A DNA stretch of 64,000 nucleotides from Geosiphon pyriformis uo1 (GCA_016748015.1 JAAOMT010000503.1:62001-126000), one strand, 5' to 3'. Shown: positions 12,201 through 26,160, numbered from the stretch's first letter. A program made the numbers and translations. Notes: generated from the letters alone by a model not told the origin.

Positions 12201-14867
12201 TTTTAATTAGTTGTAAGTTAAAAAAATAGGTTTAATTTTAGTTTTTTTTAATGTTTTTGGTATTTTTTGGTATTTGTTTTATTATAAAATTTTATATTTG
12301 CAGATTATTAATTGAATTTTAAAAAATTTATTGCAATTTTTTATTAAGTTAAAAATTAATTTTATTAATAATTTTTTAGCTAATATTATAAAAATTTTCT
12401 TGGTTTGTAAGATCTTTTTTGTAAACAATTTATTTAATGTTTTTTAATATGTTAATAAATTTTTAATATTTATTATATTAGATAATTTTTTATACTATAA
12501 TATGATTAGATTCTTAAAATATTTTAATATTGTATTTAAATGCAAATTTTTGTATAAACATAATATAATTTTGAATTATTAAATATTTTAACATTAAAAA
12601 AAATTGAATCTAAAAAGACTAATATCTTTTTGGTTTATTTTATATTTGTTTTTATACAATAATAATATAATTTTTGTTAATTGTATAATAAACAATTTTA
12701 AAATATCTTTAATTTAAATATATTTTTAGTAATAAATAATAATTTATAAATAATAGATTTATATATAATTAATATTTTTACAAATAGCTTTTTAAAAAAA
12801 TTGTTATTAACAGTATAATAGTATTTTTTACAAAGCTAAATTTAAATATTAAAGTTAAAGTTTACAAATTAGTTTTTTTAATACTTACTAAATTGCAAAC
12901 TATTATATTAATATTAAAATATGTTTTTAGTATAATAATAATATATTTAAATAGTCAAATTAATTTAAATATATATATTATTAAATTAAGTTTGAATATA
13001 TTTAATTTTTAAATTTGTTATTAAAAAAAAAGATATTATATTATTAATTTAAATTTTAATAAAATTTTTTAATTATAATCAAAAGTTAAAAACTATTTTA
13101 ATATTAATAATAATATTTAAGCTAATATTTTTGTTAATAATATTGTTTTTTTGTTTATATATATAAGTAATATATTTTAATAAATAATATTATTAATTTT
13201 GATAATATTTATTATTTTATTTATAATATATGTAGTATTATGTATTATATTTATTGAAAAACTAAACCAAATTTAAATATAATTACTAATTTTTTGTTTA
13301 AAAAAATGAATTGAATTTGTTTTTTATTAATTTGGTATTCTAATTTATACATATAATTTGGTTTTATAAGTAAATTTATAATTAGTTTACATATTTATTT
13401 TATAAAAACAATATATAAAAAATTGTCAATAATAATTAAAAAAACAACTATATAATAAATTTTATTAGAATATTTGTTGTTTATATTATATTAAGACTGA
13501 GTTTTTTAATTATGTTTTTATATATATAAAAAACATCTATATTTATAAAAAATTATTATAAAAATATTTTAAGTTTTAATTATTAAATTTTAATTGTTTT
13601 AATATTAAAAAATATTGTTTTTTTGTTATTTTAATAATAAATTGTATATTATATTATATAAAAGTTTAATATTAAAAATTTAAATTATTAAAACTAGTAT
13701 AATTTTTAAAGATACCAAGAAAATACTCTCTAAATTAATTTGTTTTGTGTATTATTTGGCCATATATTATTAAAATAAGATTTAATTATACAAATTTAAT
13801 AATAAAACAGTTATAAAAAAAACAAACCAATTATTAATAGTGGTTTTATATTATATATATTATCTAATTTATTAATAAAACTTTCTTTTAAAATAGTTTA
13901 TATGTTAAATATTATTAAAATTTTTGTTATTAATTTCGATTTTTGTAAACATTGTTTTTTTTTTACAGATTTAAATAGCAAAATTTTAATATATATTAAT
14001 ATGTAATAATGTTTTAATTAATTAAATAGCTAATTATATGTAAAAAATATATAAATTGTATTTAATTGAAAATAATTAATCTATTTTTATATATACTAAA
14101 TAGTAACAAAATTTTATTTGTTAAATTATAAAAAAACAAAAAAAAACAAAATTAAATAATTAGTATTAAAAAATTTATAAAAGACTAATTATAGTTTAAA
14201 CTAAAACTTTTAATATTAAAAATCTTGTAAAATTTAAAATTTTTTAATATATTTAAAAGTTTTTGATGTTTTTTTTTAAATAATTTATTTGTAAAAAGAT
14301 TTTTTTATAAAAAACAAAAATATTAAAGCTTATTTAATATTGGTATTTATAATAATATATTTATTAATTGTATTTAACTTTAAATAAAAAAAGATAAATA
14401 AATTTTAATAATAAAATTAGAATTTTAATTCATGGATTTTGTGAGTTTTAATGATAATTTTATTGAATTACAAAGATAAAAATATAATTAAATTCAATTA
14501 TTTTAATTAAATCTTAAATACTAATTCAGAAAATTGAATTTACAGTAAAAAATACCTTTTTTTTAAATTAAAACTATTTTTATATATACCAATTTTCTGT
14601 TTTATAAGATAGTATTTAAAAACTTGATATTTATGGTTATTATTCTGTTATTCTATTATCGTTAGTTATAATTTTGTTATTTTATGTTATTACTAACTAT
14701 TTGGCATTATTATGTTATTGTGTGCTATTACATATTAATCATAGTTTTATGAAGAAATCTAAATTACATAATAGAATTTTGATGTGATTCACATTGGAAC
14801 CAATTAACAGGTGCAGCCCAATCTCAAATTTATTGATCACAATCAGTTTTTTCAGAAACCTTTTCAA

Positions 14868-16436
14868 ATGTTGTCTATAACCTCACGTTTTTCTTTAACA
14901 GCACGCTATGTTTTGCGTTCAACATTGCTTGGGCCAACGCGGTGTTTTGCTTCTCAAGCGCCTGGCGCGTCTGAAAGTTTGTCATACACACTTCCTGAAA
15001 ACAGTTTTAAACCTTACAATATAGAGCCCCCTTCAAGAGAAATATCAGTGAATAAAGACGATTTGGTTAAGTTTTATAAGCAAATGGTCACCATGCGGCG
15101 AATGGAAACTACTGCCGATGGACTTTATAAGTCAAAGTTAATCAGGGGTTTTTGTCATTTGTGCACCGGCCAGGTCAGTCTGAAACTTTATTCTGATTGT
15201 TTGAAAAATCTATGTCTTTCGTTAAGTATGATCTTCAAGACATTGTACTCAATTTTAAAGGAGGCTGTGTCGGTAGGCATGGAGGCGGCGATTACACCAG
15301 AAGATCATATAATTACCGCCTACCGTTGCCATGGTTACACTTATGTTCGTGGAGCATCGGTACACGCGATCTTGGCTGAATTGTTGGGTATGGGCTGTAA
15401 ATTCAGATAAAACTATTCCCTAAAGTCGCTATACTCAACTATCAAGTTCTTGATTTCAGCAAAAAAAACAGGTGTCTCAAAAGGAAAAGGTGGCTCTATG
15501 CACATGTTTGCAAAGAACTTTTATGGGGGAAATGGTATTGTTGGTGCTCAGGTATAATGACGATTCACTTTCTATGAATTTGCCTGGAATTTGGTTAATT
15601 TTGATCAAGTGTGTTTACGTCACTTTTAGGTTCCTGTTGGTGCTGGTATAGCATTCACACAGAAGTATCTTGACACTGGAAATGCCACCTTTATTCTATA
15701 CGGGGATGGTGCTGCAAATCAAGGGCAGGTTTTTGAGGCCTATAACATATCTAAATTGTGGGATTTGCCGGCAATATATGTCTGCGAGAATAATTTCTAT
15801 GGTATGGGCACCTCAGCCAGCCGAAGTTCCGCAAATGCCAACTATTATACACGTGGTCATTATATTCCCGGGCTTCAGGTCCATATGAATTTTATTTTAT
15901 TTCAATCTATGAAAAAAATTTAAATCGTCTGTCTTTTAAACTATGTAGGTTGATGGGATGGACGTCCTTGCCGTACGACAAGCATGTAAATGGGCTAAAG
16001 ATTGGGTGGTTTCAGGCAAGGGTCCTCTGGTGCTGGAAATGGTCACTTATCGTTATGGTGGTCATTCTATGTCAGATCCTGGCACCAGTTATCGAACTAG
16101 AGAAGAAATTGCAAACATGAGAAGTAATAAAGATTCTATTACTAGCCTGAGACAGCGACTTCTGGACTTTGAAGTTTTAACGGATGTCGAGCTCAAAGTA
16201 CGTTCTTCAATTAAAAGGGGGATTTTTTTTAAATAATATAGTTATTTAATTGTCAAATTTTACATTTAAAGCAAATCGATAAAGAAGCTCGTAGCATTGT
16301 GGACGAAGCTTCGAAGAAAGCTCAAGATGATCCTCCACCGCCTCTTTCGGAATTATTTACAGATATATATGTTAAAGGAACAGACCTGCCGTTTCACCGT
16401 GGCAGAGAGCGAGAGGAAATAGGGCATTCGGAATAA
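14868..16436 (+). CDS. PDA1: Pyruvate dehydrogenase E1 alpha subunit, mitochondrial (6 exons)
   Basis: Exons 14868-15173, 15261-15387, 15460-15551, 15630-15878, 15949-16197 and 16272-16436, all GT-AG. Motifs [24 protein letters not shown] and [13 protein letters not shown]. Arg/Ser-rich presequence. Confidence 0.97.
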
Positions 16437-17582
16437 CTGGGTCAATTCATTGAGCTGATCAAGATTGTTGCAAATTGTTAGAAGCTATTTAAATTGAGGA
16501 GGTGGACAATTGGAATTTAGATAACGCTGATTTTGCTACTGATCACAGTTGTCATTTCTCAATTTTGATAGTTTATTTATTTGAATCATTTATGCCTAAC
16601 TTTAGTTTATTTATAGATCCAACAAAATGATTACAAAATTTCCTTTAATATAAAATCCCATCTTCAAACCTTGACACAACTATGAAAATTCCATGTGTCA
16701 ACAGAATAAAATGAGTTTGGCCAGAGAGCTGAATAAACTGAGATCAAGCTTTATCTTCAATGTTTAATACTTAATCCCCATTTTTGCTAATACATAGAAA
16801 AAAAAATTACTTTAAATAATAGAAATAATAAAGGATTATCATTAAACTTCCAAGTTTATCAGATAATATACTGATTTACATTTTTAGAACCAATAATGTA
16901 TTAATAACAATTATTGATTTTTTGCTTATAAAAATAAATAAAAGTTTTTATGTTATTTAAAATATTTATTACCAAGTTATTTCTAAATTAATTAATTTTG
17001 TAATAAAATAATAAATTTAAGTTTTAATTAATAATAATAATATACTTAAAAATTACACTATTGCTAAATATTTAATTTTGGCAATAATGTTTTTTACATA
17101 CTTTAATATAAAAAAAAATACCTAAAAAATATTGATATGTTGTTAATAATTAAACCCACTTTTAAGAAAGTTTATTATATTTTTTACTTTATTAATAATA
17201 AATTTAGCAAAAATAACATTTTATGCAAAACTTATTTTTAACACAAAAAAATAAAAAGCAAAATAAAATAATAATTCAACTGAAAAGATCGAAGTTGTTA
17301 TTTCTAAAAATACAACCAAAAAAAACCAGATTATATAACTATTAAAGCTAAAACCCCAATTGTTAATAAATTTCCAGTTTTTTTAGCAAGATTGATGAAC
17401 AAACCTGATTTAATACATGGTTCTATGGAAACAAATGCATTGCATGATCCTGAAGGCTATGCCAGAAAAAAATGAACCAACGTTGAATAATGAAAGGCAA
17501 ATAAGACGTTAAATAAAAAATTTATACAGCTGAAAATCGAATCTCTAAAGAAAACGCAATAAATTATACACTAAAAATTATT

Positions 17583-19259
17583 TTACATGATATACGTGTT
17601 ATGGCTTTTTCTCGATATATCGGAACCAAGAATACAAGGGAACGCAAACAAGGACATTAAGAAGAGCCAATGTAAGCATGAAATAAAGTACAAATTTCTC
17701 CGTTCGTGTGAGATTTCCTATAGATGAGCTCAAAGGCTCTTCTTCTATCACCAAGTTGTCTGGGTAAAGATTGAGAAATTAAGTAAATGTCAAAGCTTCG
17801 AAATCGAGATTTTTCAATATGGTCTAGGAAAACCTACCCGATGAAGGTGCGACGATGGGTTGGGGATCTTGATCTTCTTGATTGATGGAAAGGTCTGATT
17901 CTTTAGAGGCCTCCAATTTCAGTGTCGCTTTCCTTAAGGATCGCTTACCAAAAACAGACAAACTAACCACGCAGCATCCAACAAAAATAAAGTTCATTGC
18001 AATCACAACTATGTCTAAAAAGGATATGATCACCAAAAGATATTCAGTTATAAATTTCTCTTTAAAATTCAATCATGGTTTTGCGGTTTTTTAAAAACCT
18101 AGATGGCCTTTACCTTTATTTTCTAGTTTCGGTCGATCAATTCCACTTAAACTCTTTACTAACGATCCAATCCAAACAGCATTGAAGGTGCCTGGTAAGA
18201 CACCAATCACAGTTGCCCAGAGGAAAGGAAATAGCTTTGATGATTGGTAAAAAATCCCACTTATTTAGAGACGCGCTTTGCACCGCATCAAAAGAGTATA
18301 TGGATCAAGTAACCAACCTCAATTGAGCTTACGGAAAAGAAGAAACTGATCAAGTTGAAGGGTAATGGAGTCAATCTCAACATAACGACGATCCTCCAAC
18401 CTAAGAAAACATATCGAATCAAAAGATTATAAACAAAATGAGAATCAAAGAAAGGTTATAATTGGTTCATAAATGTGGATTTTTATATATAAGCACTTCA
18501 CTTAAATCACCTTCTTCAGCAATGACATGATTAAGAGCCAAAAAAATTGGCCGTTTCGAAATTTGTGCACGTACCCAATCTGAAAATATGTATCGGCCAA
18601 AAATAAATGTTCCAAAAGCACCCAATAAATCACCAAAAATAATGACAGCACCGGCTAGAATGAGTGGTTTGAAAAGAAATCCGGATGCAATGCTAATTAT
18701 AGACCTTGCGAAAAGCAACAAGGATTACATTATAGCGCAACATTGTTAAGTGACTTTAACGAAAATCTTCCTTTACCCTGGTAAAAAGGTCCAAACGCAA
18801 AGTGTGTATACACCGATATAGATAAGTATTCCATATTCGCGATGTTGCTGGATATATTTCAAAACTTCCTTGATATGATTTTGTATGTGAAACACCTTGA
18901 TTCAAAAAAGCACTTGTATAAATTAAATTCGAATCCCGAGAAAACGATTCAGATACTGGATTCAAACTTACATTTGCGAGAACTACTATCAAAGAAATAA
19001 AAGATATCAGCAATACTATTTTGAAAAAAGTTCCCCAGCAAACCTCTGTGGATCTCAACCATAGTTTCTTTAGCCACGAAGAATTCTCTGTTTTCGAGAG
19101 CGGGCTCACTTCGCCAAGAAGTCCTGAGGTTTCCTCGTGATCTATATCATCCGTAGGATAATCACCCGAGTTACGGCCATATGTCTGTGGTGGTAACTCG
19201 GCAGGCACATCAAGCGCAACGACCACTTCATCAACTTCGCGATTGGATATAGTTGTCAT
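17583..19259 (-). CDS. Tvp38/TMEM64-like SNARE-associated Golgi (VTT/DedA) membrane protein, multi-exon
   Basis: Hydrophobic exons with GAFGTFIFGRYIF...GWRIVVMLRLTPLPFNLISFFFS, typical of the SNARE_assoc domain. ATG at 19259, stop at 17583-17585. Not all exon borders were traced. Confidence 0.85.
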
Positions 19260-20247
19260 ATTTTTGGGGAGTGGTGGTATATAAAGAATATTGAAAAAAT
19301 TTCAATATTATCTCCAATAACGTGATTTCATGCTGGACTTTCATTTCTTATGATTTGATCATTGTTAGTTTTTAGCTAATCTATTATTTTTTCATTTGTA
19401 ATCAAAAAATATTTTTTAGTTTTGTTTCAGCGCTTGAAAGTTTAGGTCATTTAGAAACGGAATTTGTATTTTTTTTTTTGATGGTTCAAATATTTTAATT
19501 TTAATGGTTGCGATACCATTAATGATACTGGCGTACCAAATATTTATTCTATTTATAAAAGTAAATCAGTTATAATTTACTTAACTCATTTAAAGCATAT
19601 GGATCTACAAAAATATAATGTTATAAAAGAAAACTTAAAAATTATTACTTTAAATAAATTATTATTTGACAACACATTATATCGACGTTTGATGATGATG
19701 GTAAAAAATTTTTAGTGATAGCCGCGTTCCAGAAGAAACGCACTCCACGAGGAGAGAGGTGAAGAAACGCATTCAAAGAGCGATGGACGTAGTCCATGAG
19801 AAAGAAAATTTGTTTTTTAAAAATTCTAAATTAACGTAAATAAAATTAATTAGAATCATTAATTATTATTATATTTTTTATAATTTAAGAGTTTAATTAT
19901 AATTTTGTATTATTATTATTAATTAAAATTAAATTTGAAAAAGTATTTCTAAATTTTAAAAAAAATAATGTCAATAATCATATGATGTTATTTGTTTAAT
20001 CAAAATCGTATTAGATTATAATGGAACAAACCTTTTTTTGGAAAAAACTAAAATTTGGATTATGGTTTGGGTAAATATTACGTTGTTAAGAAAATTCGAT
20101 TTGAGCATTTGATTACTTAATCGTTTCGGATTTAATTGATGAGTTTGAAGTTTTTATATTTGATTTTTTATAAAAAAAATAGGTATTATAAATTAAAAAT
20201 TTTCAAGAGGTCAAAAATTTCCCAAAATATTCGTGATATTAGAAGAA

Positions 20248-22475
20248 ATGGACAATTCTGCGAATGAATATTTTTTCAAAATGTCAAACTTTCAAAAATG
20301 GCTAGTAAGCAACGGCGCAGCAATGGAAAAAGTGTTTTTTGATCAAGGTATCCAAATATATTATATATCAAATTTAATAGAGAATTTCTATGTTTAAAAC
20401 TCGAAAATTGAGAAAATTTTTAATCAGATAGCAATGGTCTGGGTGGAGGGTTCGCTAAAGAGCAAATCAATCCCGATGAAGTTTTCGCTACCATTCCATT
20501 CAATATAACGTTAAATAGAGAAGTTGCCTTGAAGAATCTTCCATCTTTGGGTGCGATGAACTTTTCATGCCGCACATTGTTGGCCACATTTTTGATCAAC
20601 GAAAAATCACGAGGCTCGAAATCTTTTTATTATCCATATATTGATATTTTACCTTCACATGTTCCAACACCCCTTTGGTTTGATGAACATCAGATGAGGT
20701 GGTTGAAAGGGACCAACCTAGAGAAAGGTGTCCATAGCCGCAAGGAAATGTTAATTAAGGAATATCAACAAATTAAAAGATACTTACCAGAAAATTTGTC
20801 CAAAGATATTTTTACCTGGTACACCAAAATCTTGGGGGGGGGGGGGAGTTTTTTTGAAGAATTTCGGGAATACTTTATTGATCATTATATTCAAATTTTA
20901 TATATCAAGGGAGGCGTATCTATGGGCATGTGATATTTTATCCTCACGTGGTTTTCCTGGAAAATTGGTCATGTCAAACACATGTGATCAATCATCTGAG
21001 GTGCTCCTCCCTCTTGCCGACTCATTTAATCATCGATCAAGACAAAAAATCACTTTAAGCATACATAATGAGACACTAAAATTGGTTGCCGGGGAGAAGA
21101 TCTTGCCTGGATCACAAATTTGGAGTAACTATGGACCAAAGGTGCTCAAAGTTCATTTTCTCAAAATATTCTGTTTTAAATATTTAAAAATATCATAAGT
21201 TAACTTGTCCTTTTTCTTTGACAATCGGGAACCTAACCTCGAACTGTGTGATCTCAGTCAAATGAGGAGTGTATGTATGCTAGATTTAAACCAATTGGTC
21301 CAAAGATTAAATTGAATAAAGAGAAATCTAATCAGTTCTATTCCAACAGTGCTTTTGGGATATGGGTTTTGTTTACCGAATAACCCCGATGATTGGGTTA
21401 TTGTGAAAGTAAACTTTTCCCATGATCCCCAACGCGAAATTAAACTCAGAATCCTTGAGCAAACAAATCTTTTAGATCTGGTGCATTTCATTAAGCCCAA
21501 TTTCATCCCAACAAAACTACTATCGCAACTAAGGATCCTAGTTATGACAAGTGTCGAGGCTGCACGATATAAAAATATTGCAGTTGATCATGAATTTGAA
21601 TTTATTGGGTACCGCAATGAGATAGCAATGTTGGAGTCATTAAAGTTATTGCTAAGCAAAAAACTTGTTGGCTTAAATGATAAACTGTTGGGGGATGCGA
21701 TTGATGGGATGCCTGAACCCATTAAAATATATAGAAAAGGTTAGTGAGAATCAACCAGAACTCATTCATTTTTTATTGCTTTGTTAATTATCACCATAAT
21801 TTAAACATCACAATAGGTCAAAAAGAAATTTTGAAGTGCGCATTGGACACTATAGAAATTTTTCGAAATTCAATTCTAGCGCGAGCGTTTGTTGATTTTC
21901 AATCAAATCGAATTTCAACACCTCCATTTCTCCAAATTGATAACCGAATGTTAGAAAATACAAATCTGATTGATGATCTTAATCATCAATCTAAAACAAT
22001 GGCATTAGCATCTGACTTATTTATCAACGTCCCAGAAGCGCTTAAAATTAATCCCGAATTTTATAAAGTCGTTAATGCATTATTTCAAGATCCACAAGAG
22101 GAGGAAGATACTGTATTAATGCTGTACTTAATTGCTGAAAGCCATAACTCTAATTCGAAATGGGCATCATTTTTCACCGCCACCCAAGCATTTGCTGAAA
22201 CAAATATGTATGTAACAAATACCATAGTTTTTCAATTTCTAACTTCTTTTTTAATAATCTCTACGAACTTTGACAGAATCCAACACGAAAGATTACAAGA
22301 TCTAAACGAATTGTTCTTAGATATAGGACCATCATTAATAGGTTTATCATCTAAATTGTTTCCCCAGCAAATTGTGACCTTGGAAAAGTTTTTATGGAGT
22401 GCGACCGTATTAGATACATTTTCAGTAAATTTCTTTTATGAAGGGGATCAGCGCATTGGAATAGTGCCTTTATAA
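20248..22475 (+). CDS. SET-domain protein lysine/histidine methyltransferase (Rkm1/Efm1/SETD3-like), with a 13-nt microexon
   Basis: Motifs FQKWLVSNG, YIDILP, LWACDILSSR, LLPLADSFNH and NYGPK|SNEE|LLLGYGF. The SNEE segment comes from exon 21258-21270. Confidence 0.9.
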
Positions 22476-22659
22476 ATATATAAAGAAGTCGGAATCAACT
22501 ACAGATCATTAAACAGTGCTAAGCTGGTGGGTAAAAAATTTTTCGAGTGTTTCGTGGAATATTCCATGATAAAACTAAAGTAATTTATGATGGATGAAAT
22601 GCATGCGAAAAATAAAATCTAATTAGAATTTTGATCAGAAAACGTGTATCTCAATTTGC

Positions 22660-25600
22660 TTATGCAAAGCGATCGAAATAAACGTCAATGTGTCGCCCGC
22701 CGTATGAGTAGCCGTTAAATTTTTCTGAATCATAAAAAGTGTTTTAAAACTTCATAAAACTTGTTTCATTCACACAAAGTATTCTGATACGAAACACTTA
22801 CCAACAGCAAGCCGAGCAGAGTCGTAGGTTTCGAATTGCACTATCCCAGCACCCTTGGGCCTGCCGCCCTGTTCCAAGATTTCCGTTCTCATCACATTTC
22901 CTGAGGTAAGATTTGCAAATAAAAGGGTAAATTATAGAAATTTTGAAATCAAATCAAAATTGGATGGTAACTTACCGCAGTGCTTGAAGAGATCTCTTAA
23001 ATCCAAATTGGTTGTGGTAAAAGGTAGCTAATTTCCCAAAGTGGAAACAACAAAAGAGAAGAATTCGTTGGTTTGTTAATCCTAACAGTGTCAATATAAA
23101 TCAATCTTTGATAGTTTTTTCGCTAATTGAAGTAAATGTCCCGCCGGGACATTATTTACTATAAAACTTTTAAGGTGTTTGATGCCTTTTGTCACTCTTT
23201 CTTAATCTAGACTTATTTACACAAAGGAAAGGCTAGTGAATTTGTCCAATATAAATTAGAATCCAAGTGAAAAACTCAACGTAAAATGATGAGATTGTTC
23301 GAAAATTTCCCCCCAATATCCTCAAAGCACCTCGACCCCAACCTCATTCCTAATAGCTCTTCTGGCTCCTGAAACTCCATGAACCTTACATTTCTGACAA
23401 AGATTTGTGAGCCACTCCCTCCTCCATTGGGATTAGTTGAAGCACCAGCGAAGAAACCTGATGATCCTTCAAAACTAGCTCCGCCACCGTATGGGCCACT
23501 GTAACCACCACCAAATCCGTTGCCACCAAAGTCCATTATACCGACGCCGGACCCAAATTCATTATAACTACCAGTTCCATATCCTTCGTATTGATCTGAA
23601 GGAGCGTTCAATGAAGATGAGTAACTCGAACCATATGCTGCCGTCGTTGAAGATCCATAGAATCCGCTGTTTGATCCAGCTCCACCATAAGATGACCCAG
23701 AAAATGGACGGGAATTCGGGCGACCGGCAAATCTAGGGGGAGGTGGTCCTCCAGCAAAGCGATCCTGCGTGTATGGGAAATGTGAAGTTCGTGTAAAGAA
23801 AACCCACCATCTCAATTTAATATGATTAACCCTCATTTGATCCTCCTTATCCTTTTGAATTCATCACCAACGGCAGAAGCATCAGAGCCAATGCTTAATA
23901 AGCCGGGTGAGCCAATCCTAATATCGGCCTTGTTTATCCCTTCACTTTAAACCAACCCAAAAAAGAGAACCAAACAACGTCCCACCTCTCGGACTTCAAT
24001 CCTTCTATTATTCCATTCGTACCCATCGTACATAGCTAAAGGGAATCAATAGTTTAGCTCGTAAGTATTCTGACACAAACCCAATACTCTTTTTCGTTCA
24101 CATTGACCAGTTTTCTCGCTTATCCAAAAGATCAAAAGCGTCTCAGGTTTTCAAACACACAGACATACAAATTGAATTTGTCGCATCTCTTGGTGTTTCA
24201 AATAGAACAGTCCCCGATCCCTTGGAGCGACCATCATGACCGATGAGGATATCCGCTCGAATAACATTTCCTATCAAATCAAAATAGAAATATGAATTTC
24301 TTACGAGTGAAGGACCTTTAGAAAGTGAAAAATTTCTCCTTACCAGCATTTCTAAACAAATCTTTCAACTCTTGCCACCCTACAGAGTAAGGAAGCTGTG
24401 GAAAAGAAATTGATATTCCATCGTTTAGATTTACGCTTTTTCAATGAATAAGAAAAAGACAATAAGCCTCCGACAAAATACTTGCATTTCCCACAAAAAC
24501 TTGTCGGCCTGTATTTCCAGTATGATTATTAGTGTTATTATTATGATTATTATTGCTATTGCTATTGCTATTTTTATATCCACTACTGCTTCCTTGATGA
24601 GGAGCAGCTCTTTTTTCACTTCCCGTGGCCAAGTTGAGCCCATTCACAAATTTAGCTTCAAGCTCACGATCCTTAATTTAAAAAAAGAAGATTCGTAAGA
24701 TGAAAGCGGGGAATAAATATAAACCATATAAAGAACTACCACTACCTCACGGATGAAAATTGGGCGTCCAAGAAGAAGCGTATCATTAAGAGTATCAATA
24801 GATCGTCTAGCTTCTTCTGGGGTACGGAATTCAACGACACTAGAAAGCAAAATCAACAATAGCATCTTTTGGTGGACTCAATTAAAATTTGAGATTTTAT
24901 TGCAAAACCTTACCCACATCCCTATTTTGGAGAAAGTGTATGAGCAATTATTTAAATCAGTGGTATTCAAAAAAACAGCTTGAGATTTAGAAATAGACTT
25001 CACTTTTGACATGCCATTGGCCTGCAATAGAACATCGGCAAAAACAACTTCACCAGCTGAGAAATAAAAAAAAATAAGTTGCAGTATAGGAGACTATTTG
25101 TGATTACCAATAAATAATACCTTGACGCATGAAATCTTTTAACTGCCCCCATTTCACTTCATACGCTAGGTTCCCAACATATACTCTACATTCTTTTTGA
25201 GATCTTTGAGATGCGGCTATAGCTATGAAAAAAAACAATCTGTGATTAAAAGTGAAAACCTCGAAATTCTACGAGGAATTTATTAACAAATAAAATACCC
25301 GCAGTTTCCCTAGGCGTTAACCTTCCACCATAGTTACGTTCAGAGCGAGAACTACTGCGATACTGTATTCGATCTCTGGAATGAGTTCGTTCACGCCGAT
25401 CACGATGACTCCGGTGGGATTCACGAATCCTTTCGCCATCCCTTTCACGCTTTTCAGGTTCATAATGATCAGTATTAGATGCACGACGACTTGAGGGACG
25501 ATAAGAGTCAGCCCCTTCACGTGCTTGAGGTCTATTTTGTAAACGAGGGGATCGAGAACGTCGATCTCGCCTAGGTGATCTTGAGCGACGAGGAGGAGTA

Positions 25601-25908
25601 CGAGAACGTCGGTGCACTGGAGGTGATTGTGATCTACTACTGGTTCTTCTGGAATTAACAGTTGTTTGTGGTATCAGAGCTGTTATGGAAGGAATAATCT
25701 TTACTAAAATTTTGATTTTAACGTTTTACCTTCGCCGGTTTCTATAAGAATCTTCGTCATCTCCTCTACTGCGATGTCGTTCTTCGCTAGTGTAAAACTC
25801 TTCACCTTCATGTAAAACACCATCAACGGTGTCAACCACGATCTCATGAGTGACATTCATGGAATCATGGTCTTCTATTGGAGTGTGGGGACCTGAACCT
25901 GTTGACAT
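22660..25908 (-). CDS. Gbp2/Hrb1-like SR-type RNA-binding protein with three RRMs
   Basis: RS-rich N-terminus. RRM1 RVYVGNLAYEVKW...SKGCGVVEF, RRM2 QVFVGNLPYSVGW...SKGSGTVLF, RRM3 QIFVRNLPF...PKGAGIVQF. Stop at 22660-22662. Confidence 0.9.
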
Positions 25909-26160
25909 AGCAACGAAGCTTCAAAGAATAATGAGAAAGGGTGAACCTCTATAAAATTTGACAGGAAGAGAATTGGTTTAATACAGTGGACCAATTTTAA
26001 ACTGTTAATTTTCGATGACATCATAGACATTTTAATCACGTAAACAGATACTTTGAGTTAAATGGATTAGTAAACTAAAATTTTTTGTAATACAAAATTA
26101 TATATACGAGCCCTAGACTCACAAAGTAAATAATATTTAATATTCTTCATTAAAACCGCT

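Noticed and set aside
6162-14700. Organellar insertion or centromeric satellite as the cause of the extreme AT content
   Set aside because: No organellar genes or tandem periodicity; several segments align to transposon copies in this window. A centromere-proximal location cannot be excluded.
14811-14867. GTG-initiated N-terminal extension of PDA1 in the ORF track
   Set aside because: The ATG at 14868 begins a typical mitochondrial presequence. GTG/TTG starts in the track are a prokaryotic convention.
23286-23398. Antisense C/D snoRNA (ATGATGA...CTGA) on the + strand
   Set aside because: Wrong strand for an intronic snoRNA, and no recognisable rRNA/snRNA guide.
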